This document shows, in pieces, positions 36,801-44,260 of a stretch of 64,000 nt of DNA (positions are counted from its first letter, which is position 1; each line of letters begins with the position of its first letter). The DNA is from an uncultured archaeon (lineage in GTDB: Archaea; Aenigmatarchaeota; Aenigmatarchaeia; QMZP01): assembly GCA_964484305.1 (NCBI GenBank), contig CAZAEI010000003.1, forward strand, positions 4,672 to 68,671, in the 5' to 3' direction. The notes beneath the pieces were generated by a model that did no database searches, was not told the origin of the DNA, and worked only from the letters and a program-made list of their open reading frames with translations. Position numbers and translations under genes: made by a program.

Positions 36801-37022
36801 TATGACACCCCTGACAAAATGCGGGGTTAGCGGAAGGAAATAGACCCTGTCCGCCATGTAGTCAGAGGTCTGTATTGTCGCTATGTTGGGGTTTATCAGG
36901 ATTACCTCTATACCCTCCTCCTTCAGGGCCTTGATTGCCTGGGAACCGGAGTAGTCAAACTCGCCTGCCTGGCCGATTTTAAGAGCTCCGCTGCCCAGCA
37001 CTAATATCTTTTTTGGTTTCAC
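33843..37022 (-). CDS. carB: carbamoyl-phosphate synthase large subunit
   Basis: 1059 aa, two ATP-grasp halves; N-terminus KKILVLGSGALKIGQAGEFDYSGSQA. Confidence 0.96.
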   Translation of the reverse strand: MKPKKILVLGSGALKIGQAGEFDYSGSQAIKALKEEGIEVILINPNIATIQTSDYMADRVYFLPLTPHFVRGVIERERPDGILLSFGGQTALNVGVELADSGVLDRYGVRVLGTPVEAIRNTEDRELFVKKLSEIGLKVPRSSAVGSIEEALEAADRIGYPVMARVAYALGGKGSGISRNRKELGEKVKKALTHTKQVLIEEYLDGWKEIEYEVVRDRRDNCIAVCNMENFDPMGIHTGESIVIAPTQTLNNHEYHKLRELSIRLIRHIGVVGECNIQFALDPESDDYRIIEVNARLSRSSALASKATGYPLAFIATKLALGYALTELENTITKKTMTCFEPALDYVVVKAPRWDLQKFRRVSKRIGSEMKSVGEVMSIGRSFEEALQKAIRMLDIGMEGLVCNPGIAFDELEGELRSPTDKRVFAIADALKRGLSVDRIHQLSRIDRWFIHRMGKIVEMESMLRETGPEGLSRGILLRAKQAGFSDRQIGNTLGIDELDARKLRQGMDVTPAVKQIDTLAAEYPAKTNYLYLTYHGSEDDLDFREKGQVIVLGSGAYRIGSSVEFDWCCVNAVTTLRKLGYRTIMVNNNPETVSTDYDICDKLYFDELSFEAVMDIYEKEKPLGIMVSMGGQIPNNIALRCHRHGARILGTSPENIDRAEDRHKFSSLLDSLGIDQPMWKELKSLDGARGFCRRVGYPVLVRPSYVLSGSAMTVIFNEEGLERYLRKASDVSREHPVVISKYVQNAREVEIDAVASRGEVVAWAVSEHVENAGVHSGDATMVIPPQKTYVETVKRIESIARKVAESLEITGPFNIQFLAKDNRVAVIECNLRASRSFPFVSKVLKSNFIEIATKVMMGKKARSTRSIWDIDYIGVKAPQFSFSRLRGADPTLSVEMSSTGEVACMGDDLEEAFLKAMLSTGYRIPDKSVLVSLGGDENKVKSLESIRSLGARGFDIYATEMTSRFLGQNGVENTMLHKIHEKRKPNISDRMAGGGLDLVINVPEEGENRAMDDEYYIRRMAVDFSISLITNPQLARLFIRTINSKGLDDLRIKAWNDY

Positions 37023-38065
37023 GTCTTGCTACCCCCTTCATTCTTAACCACCTTGAGGAATCTCTCGAAGAGGAATCTCGTGTCCACCGGACCCGGCGAG
37101 GCCTCCGGATGGAACTGCACAGACATGAAGGGCCTTTTCTCGTGCCTTATCCCCTCGTTGCTCCTGTCATTGACATTGACAAACCATTCCCTCCATCCAT
37201 CGGGCAGGCTTTTTATATCTACGGCAAAGCCGTGGTTCTGGGAGGTTATGTAGCACCGTTCTGTCCCCTTCTCGATGCAGGGCTGGTTCTGGCTGCGGTG
37301 GCCGAATCTTAGCTTGTAGGTGTCTGCTCCTGCGGCGAGGCCTAGTATCTGGTTGCCCATGCACACACCCATGGTGGGCAGCCCGTGTTCGAGGGCAGCC
37401 CTGGCAGCCTTCACTGCCCCGCACCTTTTCGGGTCACCCGGGCCGTTCGAGATGACCAGGCCCCCGGGGCCGTACTCCATGATTCTGTCAAAGGGGGTGT
37501 CCACGGGGAATGCAGTGACCTGAAGGCCCAGGGAAACCAGGGAATCTGTTATGCTCCTCTTCACCCCGCAGTCGATAAGGGCTACCCTGAGCTTACCCCT
37601 GCCGAACTCCTTCACGGACTTGCATGTAACCTCGCTTGTGAGGTCCCGTCTGTTGGGGTCCTTAACTCCCCTCGCCTCCTCCCTGAGGGTTTCCAGGTCT
37701 ATCCCGTCCTCGGAGACCTGGAGAATCCCCAGCATGGTCCCCTTCTCCCTGAGTCTCTTGGTGAGGGCCCTGGTGTCCAGCCCCTGGATTCCGGGGATGC
37801 CGTTCTCACTGAGCCAGGCATCAAGGCTTTTTCCAGAGGAGTGGTGCGAGGGCTCGCTGCAGAGCTGGGTGACTGCATAGCCCGTTATCTTGGGCCCGTC
37901 AGACTGGAAATCACTGCTTGAAACCCCGTAGTTTCCTATCAGGGGATAGGTCTGCACAAGAACCTGTCCCCAGTAGGATGGGTCGGTTATGCTCTCGGTG
38001 TATCCCACCATGCCTGTGTTGAAGACAACCTCACCGGAAACCTTACAGGTGGCACCAAAACCCAT
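37019..38065 (-). CDS. carA: carbamoyl-phosphate synthase small (glutaminase) subunit
   Basis: 348 aa; catalytic GVCMGNQIL, QFHPEASPGP; 4-nt overlap with carB. Confidence 0.95.
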   Translation of the reverse strand: MGFGATCKVSGEVVFNTGMVGYTESITDPSYWGQVLVQTYPLIGNYGVSSSDFQSDGPKITGYAVTQLCSEPSHHSSGKSLDAWLSENGIPGIQGLDTRALTKRLREKGTMLGILQVSEDGIDLETLREEARGVKDPNRRDLTSEVTCKSVKEFGRGKLRVALIDCGVKRSITDSLVSLGLQVTAFPVDTPFDRIMEYGPGGLVISNGPGDPKRCGAVKAARAALEHGLPTMGVCMGNQILGLAAGADTYKLRFGHRSQNQPCIEKGTERCYITSQNHGFAVDIKSLPDGWREWFVNVNDRSNEGIRHEKRPFMSVQFHPEASPGPVDTRFLFERFLKVVKNEGGSKT

Positions 38066-38232
38066 ACCTTCAAAAATTGTCCCGTCCCTTAAAACCAGTG
38101 CAGCTCCTTTAGTTTCTTTGATAAGAACCCACCAATAGTTAGATGTTTAAGTATTTAAAAATACAGCCTGGCCAATTAAAGCAGCCATCATCCATATTGT
38201 TAACAGAAGGATTTATGGCAGGGGTGGTTGAA

Positions 38233-39993
38233 ATGGAAAAGAAGATACGCTCTCCAATCGTGGTCATGCTCGGACATTGATTATCCTTGTGATAACCAGC
38301 CGAAAACGTTGACCACGGAAAGACTTCAATACTTGACAACATCAGGGAAACCGCTGTCACCAAGACAGAGCCAGGACTCATAACCCAGCATATATCGGCC
38401 TCCTACATCCCCAGGAATATCATAGTAGAAAGGTGCGGGAAGATGCTTGATAAGCTTGGCATAGAATTCACAATCCCGGGCATTCTTGCTATCGACTCCC
38501 CGGGCCACGAGGCCTTCACCACACTCAGGAAGAGGGGTGGGGCAATAGCAGACCTCGCGGTCCTTGTCATCGACATAAACGAGGGCTTCAAGCCCCAGAC
38601 CGAGGAGAGCCTGAACTATCTCAAGCAGTTCAAGACCCCCTTTGTGGTCGCCGCAACCAAGATAGACAGGATTGCGGGATGGTCCCTTTCTCCCGGGGCG
38701 TGCTTCTCCGAGGCCTATGAGAACCAGCCCGAGAGGTCCAGTGAGGAGCTGGACAACAAGCTCTACCGCCTGATAGGCCAGCTGGGGGAGAGGGGCTTCT
38801 CTGCAGAGAGGTTCGACAGGGTCCAGGACTTCACCAAGCAGATTGCGGTCGTCCCGCTCTCAAACGCATCCGGCGAGGGCATACCCGACCTGCTCGTTAT
38901 GCTGGGGGGCATTGCCCAGAGGTACCTCAAGGAGCGGCTCGAGCTGACGCCGGGATGGGGCAAGGGAACCGTCCTGGAGGTCAAGGAGTACCGGGGCCTC
39001 GGGACAACGGTTGATGTCATACTGTATGACGGGGAGATAAGGCGCGGGGATACCCTGGTAATAGGGGGGGAGAAGACTGCCGTCACCAAGGTGCGGGCCC
39101 TCCTGACGCCAAAGCCGCTCAGGGAGCTAAGGATAGAGAAGGACTTCAGGACCATACCATCTGTCCGGGCTGCTGCGGGAATCAAGATATCAGCCCCCGG
39201 CCTTGAGGGGGTCATTGCAGGCTCCCCCTTAAGGGCAGTGAGCAACGAGAGGGATATTGACCAGGCCACCAAGGAGGTCAGAAGCGAGATGTCCGAGGTC
39301 GAGCTCGAGACCGACCATGAGGGTGTTGTCCTCAAGGCCGATACCCTGGGAAGCCTGGAGGCCCTAATAAAGACCCTCAGGGATGCGGGCATCAAGGTCA
39401 GGAAGGCCCGCGTCGGGGCAGTGACCAAGAGCGACATAGCCGAGCTCAGGTCCCTGGGGGAGCCCATGATATTCGCCTTCGGGGTGAGGATTCCCCCTGA
39501 AATAGGGAAGCTTGCCGAGGACAATTCAGTAAAGATATTCTCCTCTGACGTGATTTACCGCCTTGTCGAGGAGCACGAGAAGTGGAATAAGGACAGGAAG
39601 CTCAGGGAGGAGGAGGCCCTCCTGGCCAGCGTGTCCAGGCCCGCGAGGGTGAGGGCCCTGCCCGGATACGTCTTCAGGCAGAGCAAGCCGGCAGTCTTCG
39701 GCGTCGAGGTGATGAAGGGCATAATCCGCCCGGGCGCCACCCTCTCCAATAAGGGAAGGGACATCGGCGAGATAAGGGAGATACAGTCCAGGGGCGAGAA
39801 CGTCAGGGAGGCCGAGGCAGGGGAGAGGGTTGCCCTGTCCATGGCCGGCGTTGTGGTGGGCAGGGATGTAGAGGAGGGGGATGAGCTCGATGTCAGGGTG
39901 ACCGATAAGGACAGGGAGGTCCTGAAGAAGCTCAAACCAAGGCTCAGGGGAGACGAGCTCGAACTCCTGGAGGAGATGGATAATGTTTCCTGA
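38233..39993 (+). CDS. infB: translation initiation factor aIF5B (IF2 homologue), interrupted by a 30-nt putative BHB intron (exons 38233-38275 and 38306-39993)
   Basis: Exon 1 encodes MEKKIRSPIVVMLGH. After the insert the frame reads VDHGKTSILDNIRETAV...ITQHISA...DSPGHEAF...ATKIDR. The G1 motif GHVDHGKT is split by tga-containing sequence. The joined length is 576 aa, normal for aIF5B. Confidence 0.8.
38276..38305 (+). other. putative bulge-helix-bulge pre-mRNA intron in infB (30 nt)
   Basis: Outer helix cgtggtca(38259-66)/tgaccacg(38310-17). Central 4-bp helix tcgg(38270-73)/ccga(38300-03). Bulge aca(38274-76) and A-rich bulge(38304-07). Inner helix ttgattatc/gataaccag with loop cttgt. Cutting 2 nt 3' of each central-helix strand gives GGA CAC GTT GAC CAC = GHVDH. 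Confidence 0.65.
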
Positions 39994-40456
39994 TAAATCC
40001 CATGGGAAGAGAATAATCAGGATAGAAACACTGAGGGAGATGGTGAAGCCCCGCCACGGCTACAGGATAACCACCGTGGACCCGGTCATAGTCAGGTCAG
40101 GAAGGGTTCTTCTCCAGAAGCGCTCCTTTGGCCTCTTCAAGGGTTTTTGGGTCCTTCCCGGCGGTAGGGTGGATGCAGGCGAGGACACCTGGAGTGCCTG
40201 TACCAGGGAGGCCAGGGAAGAGACCGGCCTCAGGGTGAGCATAGTAAGGATGATGGGCTTCTATGATGACCCCGACAGGGACCCTGAGAAGCACGCTGTG
40301 AGCATGGCCTTCCTCTGCAGGCCCCTGGGCGGAAGGCTCAGGAAATCCAGTGAGGCCACTGAGATTAAATGGTTCCCCCTGGACAGACCTCCTAGGAAGC
40401 TCGGCTTCGACCACGCCAGAATCATATCCGATGCAAAAAGGCTGTTGGGAAGGTAA
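39983..40456 (+). CDS. NUDIX hydrolase
   Basis: 157 aa; Nudix box GGRVDAGEDTWSACTREAREETGL. Confidence 0.85.
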   Translation: MFPDKSHGKRIIRIETLREMVKPRHGYRITTVDPVIVRSGRVLLQKRSFGLFKGFWVLPGGRVDAGEDTWSACTREAREETGLRVSIVRMMGFYDDPDRDPEKHAVSMAFLCRPLGGRLRKSSEATEIKWFPLDRPPRKLGFDHARIISDAKRLLGR

Positions 40457-40985
40457 GCTTGTTCTTAACCCACAGAAGCCAGACAATCCATATACCAAGG
40501 ACCAGGGCCACGAGGCCTGCCTGGAAGAGCCAGTCATGTATAACAAGGGCCGCATCCGTCCCCCACGCCCCTTGGGCCGCGACCACCCCGGTGACCCTGG
40601 CCAGGTTTCCCAGCCATATCAGGGGCATCCCCAGGGCAAGGCCCCAGGCCCTCCTCCTCAAGGATATCCCGGGGACCGCGAGCACCAGGGCGAAGAGGAA
40701 GAGCATGCTCTTCCAGCCCGTGCAGTCGGGGATTATGAAGAACCCGAAGCCGTCGGCAGTCAGGCCTGTCCCCTCCTGGACCACCCCATATCCGGCTGCC
40801 TGGAGGAGCCAGGCAGACTGGGAGGCCACAGCAAGCTGGAGTGGATACAGGTCAAGGCCCAGCCATATCACAAGGTAGAGCGGAAGGGCCAGCACACATA
40901 CCCTTACAAGGAACTCGAGCATGCGCATCATCCTGGCCTGCCTGGGCGTCAGCCTGGCCCCCAGGAAGGAAACCCCCGGCTTCAT
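40422..40985 (-). CDS. small archaeosortase/exosortase-family transpeptidase
   Basis: 187 aa, multi-TM; catalytic-Cys motif FIIPDCTGWKSM, conserved Arg (LGNLARV) and His (VIHDWLF). Confidence 0.75.
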   Translation of the reverse strand: MKPGVSFLGARLTPRQARMMRMLEFLVRVCVLALPLYLVIWLGLDLYPLQLAVASQSAWLLQAAGYGVVQEGTGLTADGFGFFIIPDCTGWKSMLFLFALVLAVPGISLRRRAWGLALGMPLIWLGNLARVTGVVAAQGAWGTDAALVIHDWLFQAGLVALVLGIWIVWLLWVKNKLTFPTAFLHRI

Positions 40986-41015
40986 AATTTATATATATCC
41001 GGCCAATAATATAAC

Positions 41016-41573
41016 ATGGAGTTCCGGATATCCATAAACGAAAAACACCTCGTTCTTATTCTGGCAAGCATCTCTGTTCTTGCATGCATAGGGCTTGTTG
41101 TCGCTTACGGAACCAGTAACCCCTCTGTGATGGGTCACACCTGGGGCGAGATAGAGTGCTCGGGATGCATCACATCAGCCGACATAGGAGACGGCCAAGT
41201 CGCATCAGCCGACCTGGCCGATAATGCAGTAACCACAGCCAAGATAGCTGACGGCCAAGTCACAAACGCCAAGATTGCCTCAATGGACTGGGGTAAAATA
41301 ACAACAGGCGTGCCATCCGGCCTCAGTGACGGGGACGACGACAACTACGCATCATGCAATTGGCCCGGAGCATATACTCTATCGACGGTAGTGGGTGCAA
41401 CGCAATCCTGCAGCGGTTGTTGCACTGTTGGTACTTACTGTGCACAAGCTTGTCAACGAGACCGTATTGATACCTTAGCTGCAACATGCACCTCAGCTAT
41501 TGTGACAGCAATGACCTACACTGTGGGCTCATACGGTACATGTTACTGTCCAACTGAATGCTATAGTATTTGA
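41016..41573 (+). CDS. membrane-anchored/secreted protein with tandem xADGQVTxAKIA-type repeats and Cys-rich C-terminus
   Basis: 185 aa; N-terminal TM (HLVLILASISVLACIGLVVAYG); ITSADIGDGQVASADLADNAVTTAKIADGQVTNAKIAS; 13 Cys in the C-terminal half. Confidence 0.65.
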   Translation: MEFRISINEKHLVLILASISVLACIGLVVAYGTSNPSVMGHTWGEIECSGCITSADIGDGQVASADLADNAVTTAKIADGQVTNAKIASMDWGKITTGVPSGLSDGDDDNYASCNWPGAYTLSTVVGATQSCSGCCTVGTYCAQACQRDRIDTLAATCTSAIVTAMTYTVGSYGTCYCPTECYSI

Positions 41574-41831
41574 GACAACAATCCTCTACAAGCTAACAGT
41601 TCTGAACCCGATTTCGGCATCAAGGGGACTGTCCCTGATATCAGAATCTGATGACAGGTATCCGGTGATGGAGCATGGCGACGAAGTCTATGTCGAGTTC
41701 GAGCAGACGCCCAAACCCAAAGATGGGTTTTCCAGAAGAGTGGAGGCCAGGGCAGAGGGCCATTGCATTCTTCAATAAATCAGAGTGGCTGGCAACTGGC
41801 GTGTGCTGGTCTGTTCTGAATCCTCTGGAAG

Positions 41832-42413
41832 TCATTCTTTGTGTTTGAAAAACCCCTCTATGCCCCTCTTGACGTGGTCCCCATTCAGGATTACCCTGGC
41901 CCTGACGAAGTTCTCCAGGCCGGGGCTGCCTGAGAGGCCCAGGGCCCTGAGCCTCTTTTCGACCCTTTTCATGGTGGGCCTGATTGTGTTGTAGGCATGG
42001 AGGGCAGAGGCCAGGGCGTCCCTTTCGTGCTGGTTCGGCCTTTCCTCCCTGTCCCTGAGGAATCTCCTGGCCAGGAGGTTCTTTTCCTTCTTGGAGAGGT
42101 TCTCCCCGGGCACGACAAGCCTGGCGGAGAACGTGGCGGCCAGCCTCTCCACTGCCGCGGGGGCAGGCCTCCTGTCCGCAGCCACCATGACAGGCCTTCC
42201 CAGCCCTACCAGATGCCTGGATATCTCTGCTCTGGTCATGTTCTTCCTGCTCACCAGGGAAATCAGGCTCCCGCCCGTGTCAAGCACGGCTATTGCAGTC
42301 GTGGTCCCGGGGTCGACACCGATGATTATGGGAAGCGGGTAGTTAGGCAGCCTATCACCTGAACCCTTCACCATGGTAAGCATATCACTCCTGTCCTCTA
42401 CTATAGGGCACAA
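41832..42413 (-). CDS. RNase H-fold (DUF460-like) nuclease domain protein, possibly truncated
   Basis: 193 aa; PIIIGVDPGTTTAIAVLD resembles the DUF460/YqgF-like N-terminal motif. Full-length family members are much longer. Confidence 0.55.
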   Translation of the reverse strand: MCPIVEDRSDMLTMVKGSGDRLPNYPLPIIIGVDPGTTTAIAVLDTGGSLISLVSRKNMTRAEISRHLVGLGRPVMVAADRRPAPAAVERLAATFSARLVVPGENLSKKEKNLLARRFLRDREERPNQHERDALASALHAYNTIRPTMKRVEKRLRALGLSGSPGLENFVRARVILNGDHVKRGIEGFFKHKE

Positions 42414-42469
42414 GACGATGTGTGCAGACTCACCGGTTGGTATTTAATTAAAAGAAATAAATATACTGC

Positions 42470-42745
42470 ATGGAATACCCAGGCTCGGTTCTCACCAGGA
42501 ACAAGAGGGGTGAGGCCGAGGTGAGGAACCTGCTGGAGCGTGGGGAATTCGTCCGTTACAACTACACAGACCCGGAGACGGGAAAGGTCGTGGAGTCCGG
42601 TAAGACAAGCATCATACTCATGTCAGAAAGGGGTGTGCAGCACCTCTTCCTGATACCACTCAAGGACGGCCACTTCCTGACTGTGGCTGACAGGGATAAA
42701 AAACTCAGGCATGTCTGGGACGGCAGCAAGGCCGTCAGGGTCTAG
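42470..42745 (+). CDS. hypothetical protein
   Basis: 91-aa ORF; no motif recognised. Confidence 0.45.
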   Translation: MEYPGSVLTRNKRGEAEVRNLLERGEFVRYNYTDPETGKVVESGKTSIILMSERGVQHLFLIPLKDGHFLTVADRDKKLRHVWDGSKAVRV

Positions 42746-42965
42746 TCAGAACTAATCATGATAGAAGAGAAAGCCAGAGCTGCTCTCAAGAATGTCACTA
42801 GAACCAAATTATTCTATAGGCTAAATGATCTGAGAGGAGAAGGACTAATAAAAGGTAGATTCGTTGGTCCCGGCAAAAGTGTCTGGATTTGGTGAAGGAG
42901 GGAAGCTTTCAGTGATATAACTCCTTCTCAGTAACGAAAAGTATTTAAACATTTCTCTGCAATAA

Positions 42966-43814
42966 ATGGTTATGTCAACAGAAACAGGTTCAAAAGCAGT
43001 AATCTTTGAAAAGCGGAAGATTTATCCTACTGGAACGACTGTTGGCAGGGCCAGGCCCATGGAGTTACAGGGAGAATACGGACCAGAAATAACACAATTT
43101 AATGAAGTATACAGCATTCTTGCAACCCTTGAAGACACAGCAACGCTTGGTGATATGGCAAAACTGTTTGAACACTATCTGCAGTCAGAGCTTGGCGTGC
43201 TTGACTTGAAAAATGAACAGGACACCCTTCTCAAATACCTCTTTGCTGAAACAGGAAAGGGAAACGTCTGTGCCAATGCTGCTAATTACAGTTTCAATGA
43301 CAGTGGTCTAAAGAAAATCCACGAAAGCGACAGGCGCGTTTTATGGGTTGTGCGGCCTGAGTATCTTGATCATAAAAACATTAAGGGAGGAGAAGAATAC
43401 CCAGAATGCGTTCCCATAACAGGCTGGATTGCATTCCCAGAAGACACAGGAAAGGGGCTCTTTCGAAGAACCAAAGACGGTGAGGTGTTGGGAATACCTG
43501 AATTCACTGTTCCCACCAAGGAGGAAGCCAAAAGGACCTTCATTGACAGGGGATTTTCAGAAAAATTTGCAGAGAATGCCGTTTCTAAATGGTACAGTAG
43601 AGGTGAGGGTGATGGAGTATCCGCTGTGGTTCGCTATTCCGGCGGCAGGAACGGTCAGTTCGTTGCGAATGCCGATGAGCATCCGTCGGACAGGAGCTCG
43701 AGTTTCGGTCGGTTCCCTTCCAGTAGGTCGCCGAGCGGAGCGAGGCACGCCGGTAAGAATGAAATTGCCGACCAGTTGGTAGCTCTGGCTGCTCAGTTGA
43801 GATCAAAAGGATAA
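42966..43814 (+). CDS. DGR variable (target) protein with C-terminal C-type-lectin/FGE-like variable region
   Basis: 282 aa. The C-terminus ...SAVVRYSGGRNGQFVANADEHPSDRSSSFGRFPSS... is encoded by VR. No signal peptide or TM segment is evident. Confidence 0.85.
   Translation: MVMSTETGSKAVIFEKRKIYPTGTTVGRARPMELQGEYGPEITQFNEVYSILATLEDTATLGDMAKLFEHYLQSELGVLDLKNEQDTLLKYLFAETGKGNVCANAANYSFNDSGLKKIHESDRRVLWVVRPEYLDHKNIKGGEEYPECVPITGWIAFPEDTGKGLFRRTKDGEVLGIPEFTVPTKEEAKRTFIDRGFSEKFAENAVSKWYSRGEGDGVSAVVRYSGGRNGQFVANADEHPSDRSSSFGRFPSSRSPSGARHAGKNEIADQLVALAAQLRSKG
43620..43733 (+). repeat. DGR variable repeat (VR)
   Basis: Aligns to TR (offset 470, then 494). All 13 mismatches in about 107 aligned nt fall at TR adenines (43630, 43641, 43642, 43645, 43662, 43663, 43667, 43674, 43689, 43696, 43702, 43704, 43723). 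Homology decays after 43726 in an IMH-like way. Confidence 0.9.
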
Positions 43815-44089
43815 ATGTCACCACATCTAATTCTATTCATCTCTCTGGTAACAGGGAGATCACCAGAAAGCTGGGCATCAGTGTCGATATGTCCATTGGA
43901 CATGCCGAGTATATGCGTGAACTACATGCCTGGTTATAGTGCTATGAGGCGTTAGTTTCATGGCCATAAAATACAGCGGCGATACCGATAATATGAGGTA
44001 AAGCCGCAGTGTGCATCCGAAACAATACTGCTTATAAGAAGGTGAGCAGCCACACTACAAGATGCATTTAGTAACACAGGCTACAAGGG

Positions 44090-44227
44090 TCCGCTGTGGA
44101 TCGCTATTCCAACGACAGGAACGGTCAGTTCAATGCAAATGCCAATGAGCATCCGTCGAACAGGAAATCTCTTGCTTGTAGAGACCTGAACTCGAATATC
44201 GGTCGGTTCCCTTCCAATAGTCCGCTG
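44090..44227 (+). repeat. DGR template repeat (TR), containing a 24-nt TR-only insert
   Basis: Adenine-rich AAY codons in the VR frame (aac gac agg aac ... aat gca aat gcc aat). Lies immediately upstream of avd. Confidence 0.9.
44167..44190 (+). other. putative bulge-helix-bulge intron within the DGR template RNA (24 nt)
   Basis: Outer helix tcga(44156-59)/tcga(44192-95). Central helix cagg(44161-64)/cctg(44185-88). Bulges aaa(44165-67) and aac(44189-91). Inner helix tctct(44168-72)/agaga(44180-84) with a 7-nt loop. Excision makes TR co-linear with VR. Confidence 0.6.
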
Positions 44228-44260
44228 CTTTCTGGGTCATGTTTCCCTAGGTGTTCACAA

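Noticed and set aside
38139-38591. Minus-strand ORFs 38139-38381, 38326-38508 and 38403-38591, and the option that infB simply starts at Met 38443
   Set aside because: The minus-strand ORFs are antisense to clear aIF5B coding sequence (VDHGKT...ITQH...). A start at 38443 would delete the P-loop and switch I of an essential GTPase. The upstream exon plus BHB geometry explains the locus better. A pseudogene remains the alternative and is noted under the finding.
40350-41009. 219-aa plus-strand ORF rich in Pro/Gly/His
   Set aside because: It is antisense to the archaeosortase gene, whose catalytic motifs and TM pattern support the minus-strand reading.
41641-41835. 64-aa minus-strand ORF overlapping the DUF460-like gene stop, considered as a frameshifted continuation or another intron site
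   Set aside because: The downstream sequence shows no DUF460-like continuation in any frame, and I could not find BHB geometry at the junction. It was left uncalled.
42758-42895. 45-codon ORF MIEEKARAALKNVTRTKLFYRLNDLRGEGLIKGRFVGPGKSVWIW upstream of the DGR target gene
   Set aside because: It resembles the tail of a winged-helix protein, but it is too short, has no obvious ribosome-binding site, and cannot be supported without a homology search.
44167-44190. Reading the TR-only 24 nt as a trivial indel
   Set aside because: I considered this and did not adopt it as the primary reading. The block has complete BHB geometry whose rule-based cut sites coincide exactly with the VR/TR alignment break. 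A random indel would not be expected to do that. It stays as the null hypothesis.
44096-44260. N-terminal 55 codons of the 172-aa track ORF (MDRYSNDRNGQFNANANEHPSN...)
   Set aside because: This segment is the DGR template repeat read in frame and is not part of Avd. Avd starts at ATG 44261 with the conserved four-helix-bundle N-terminus.
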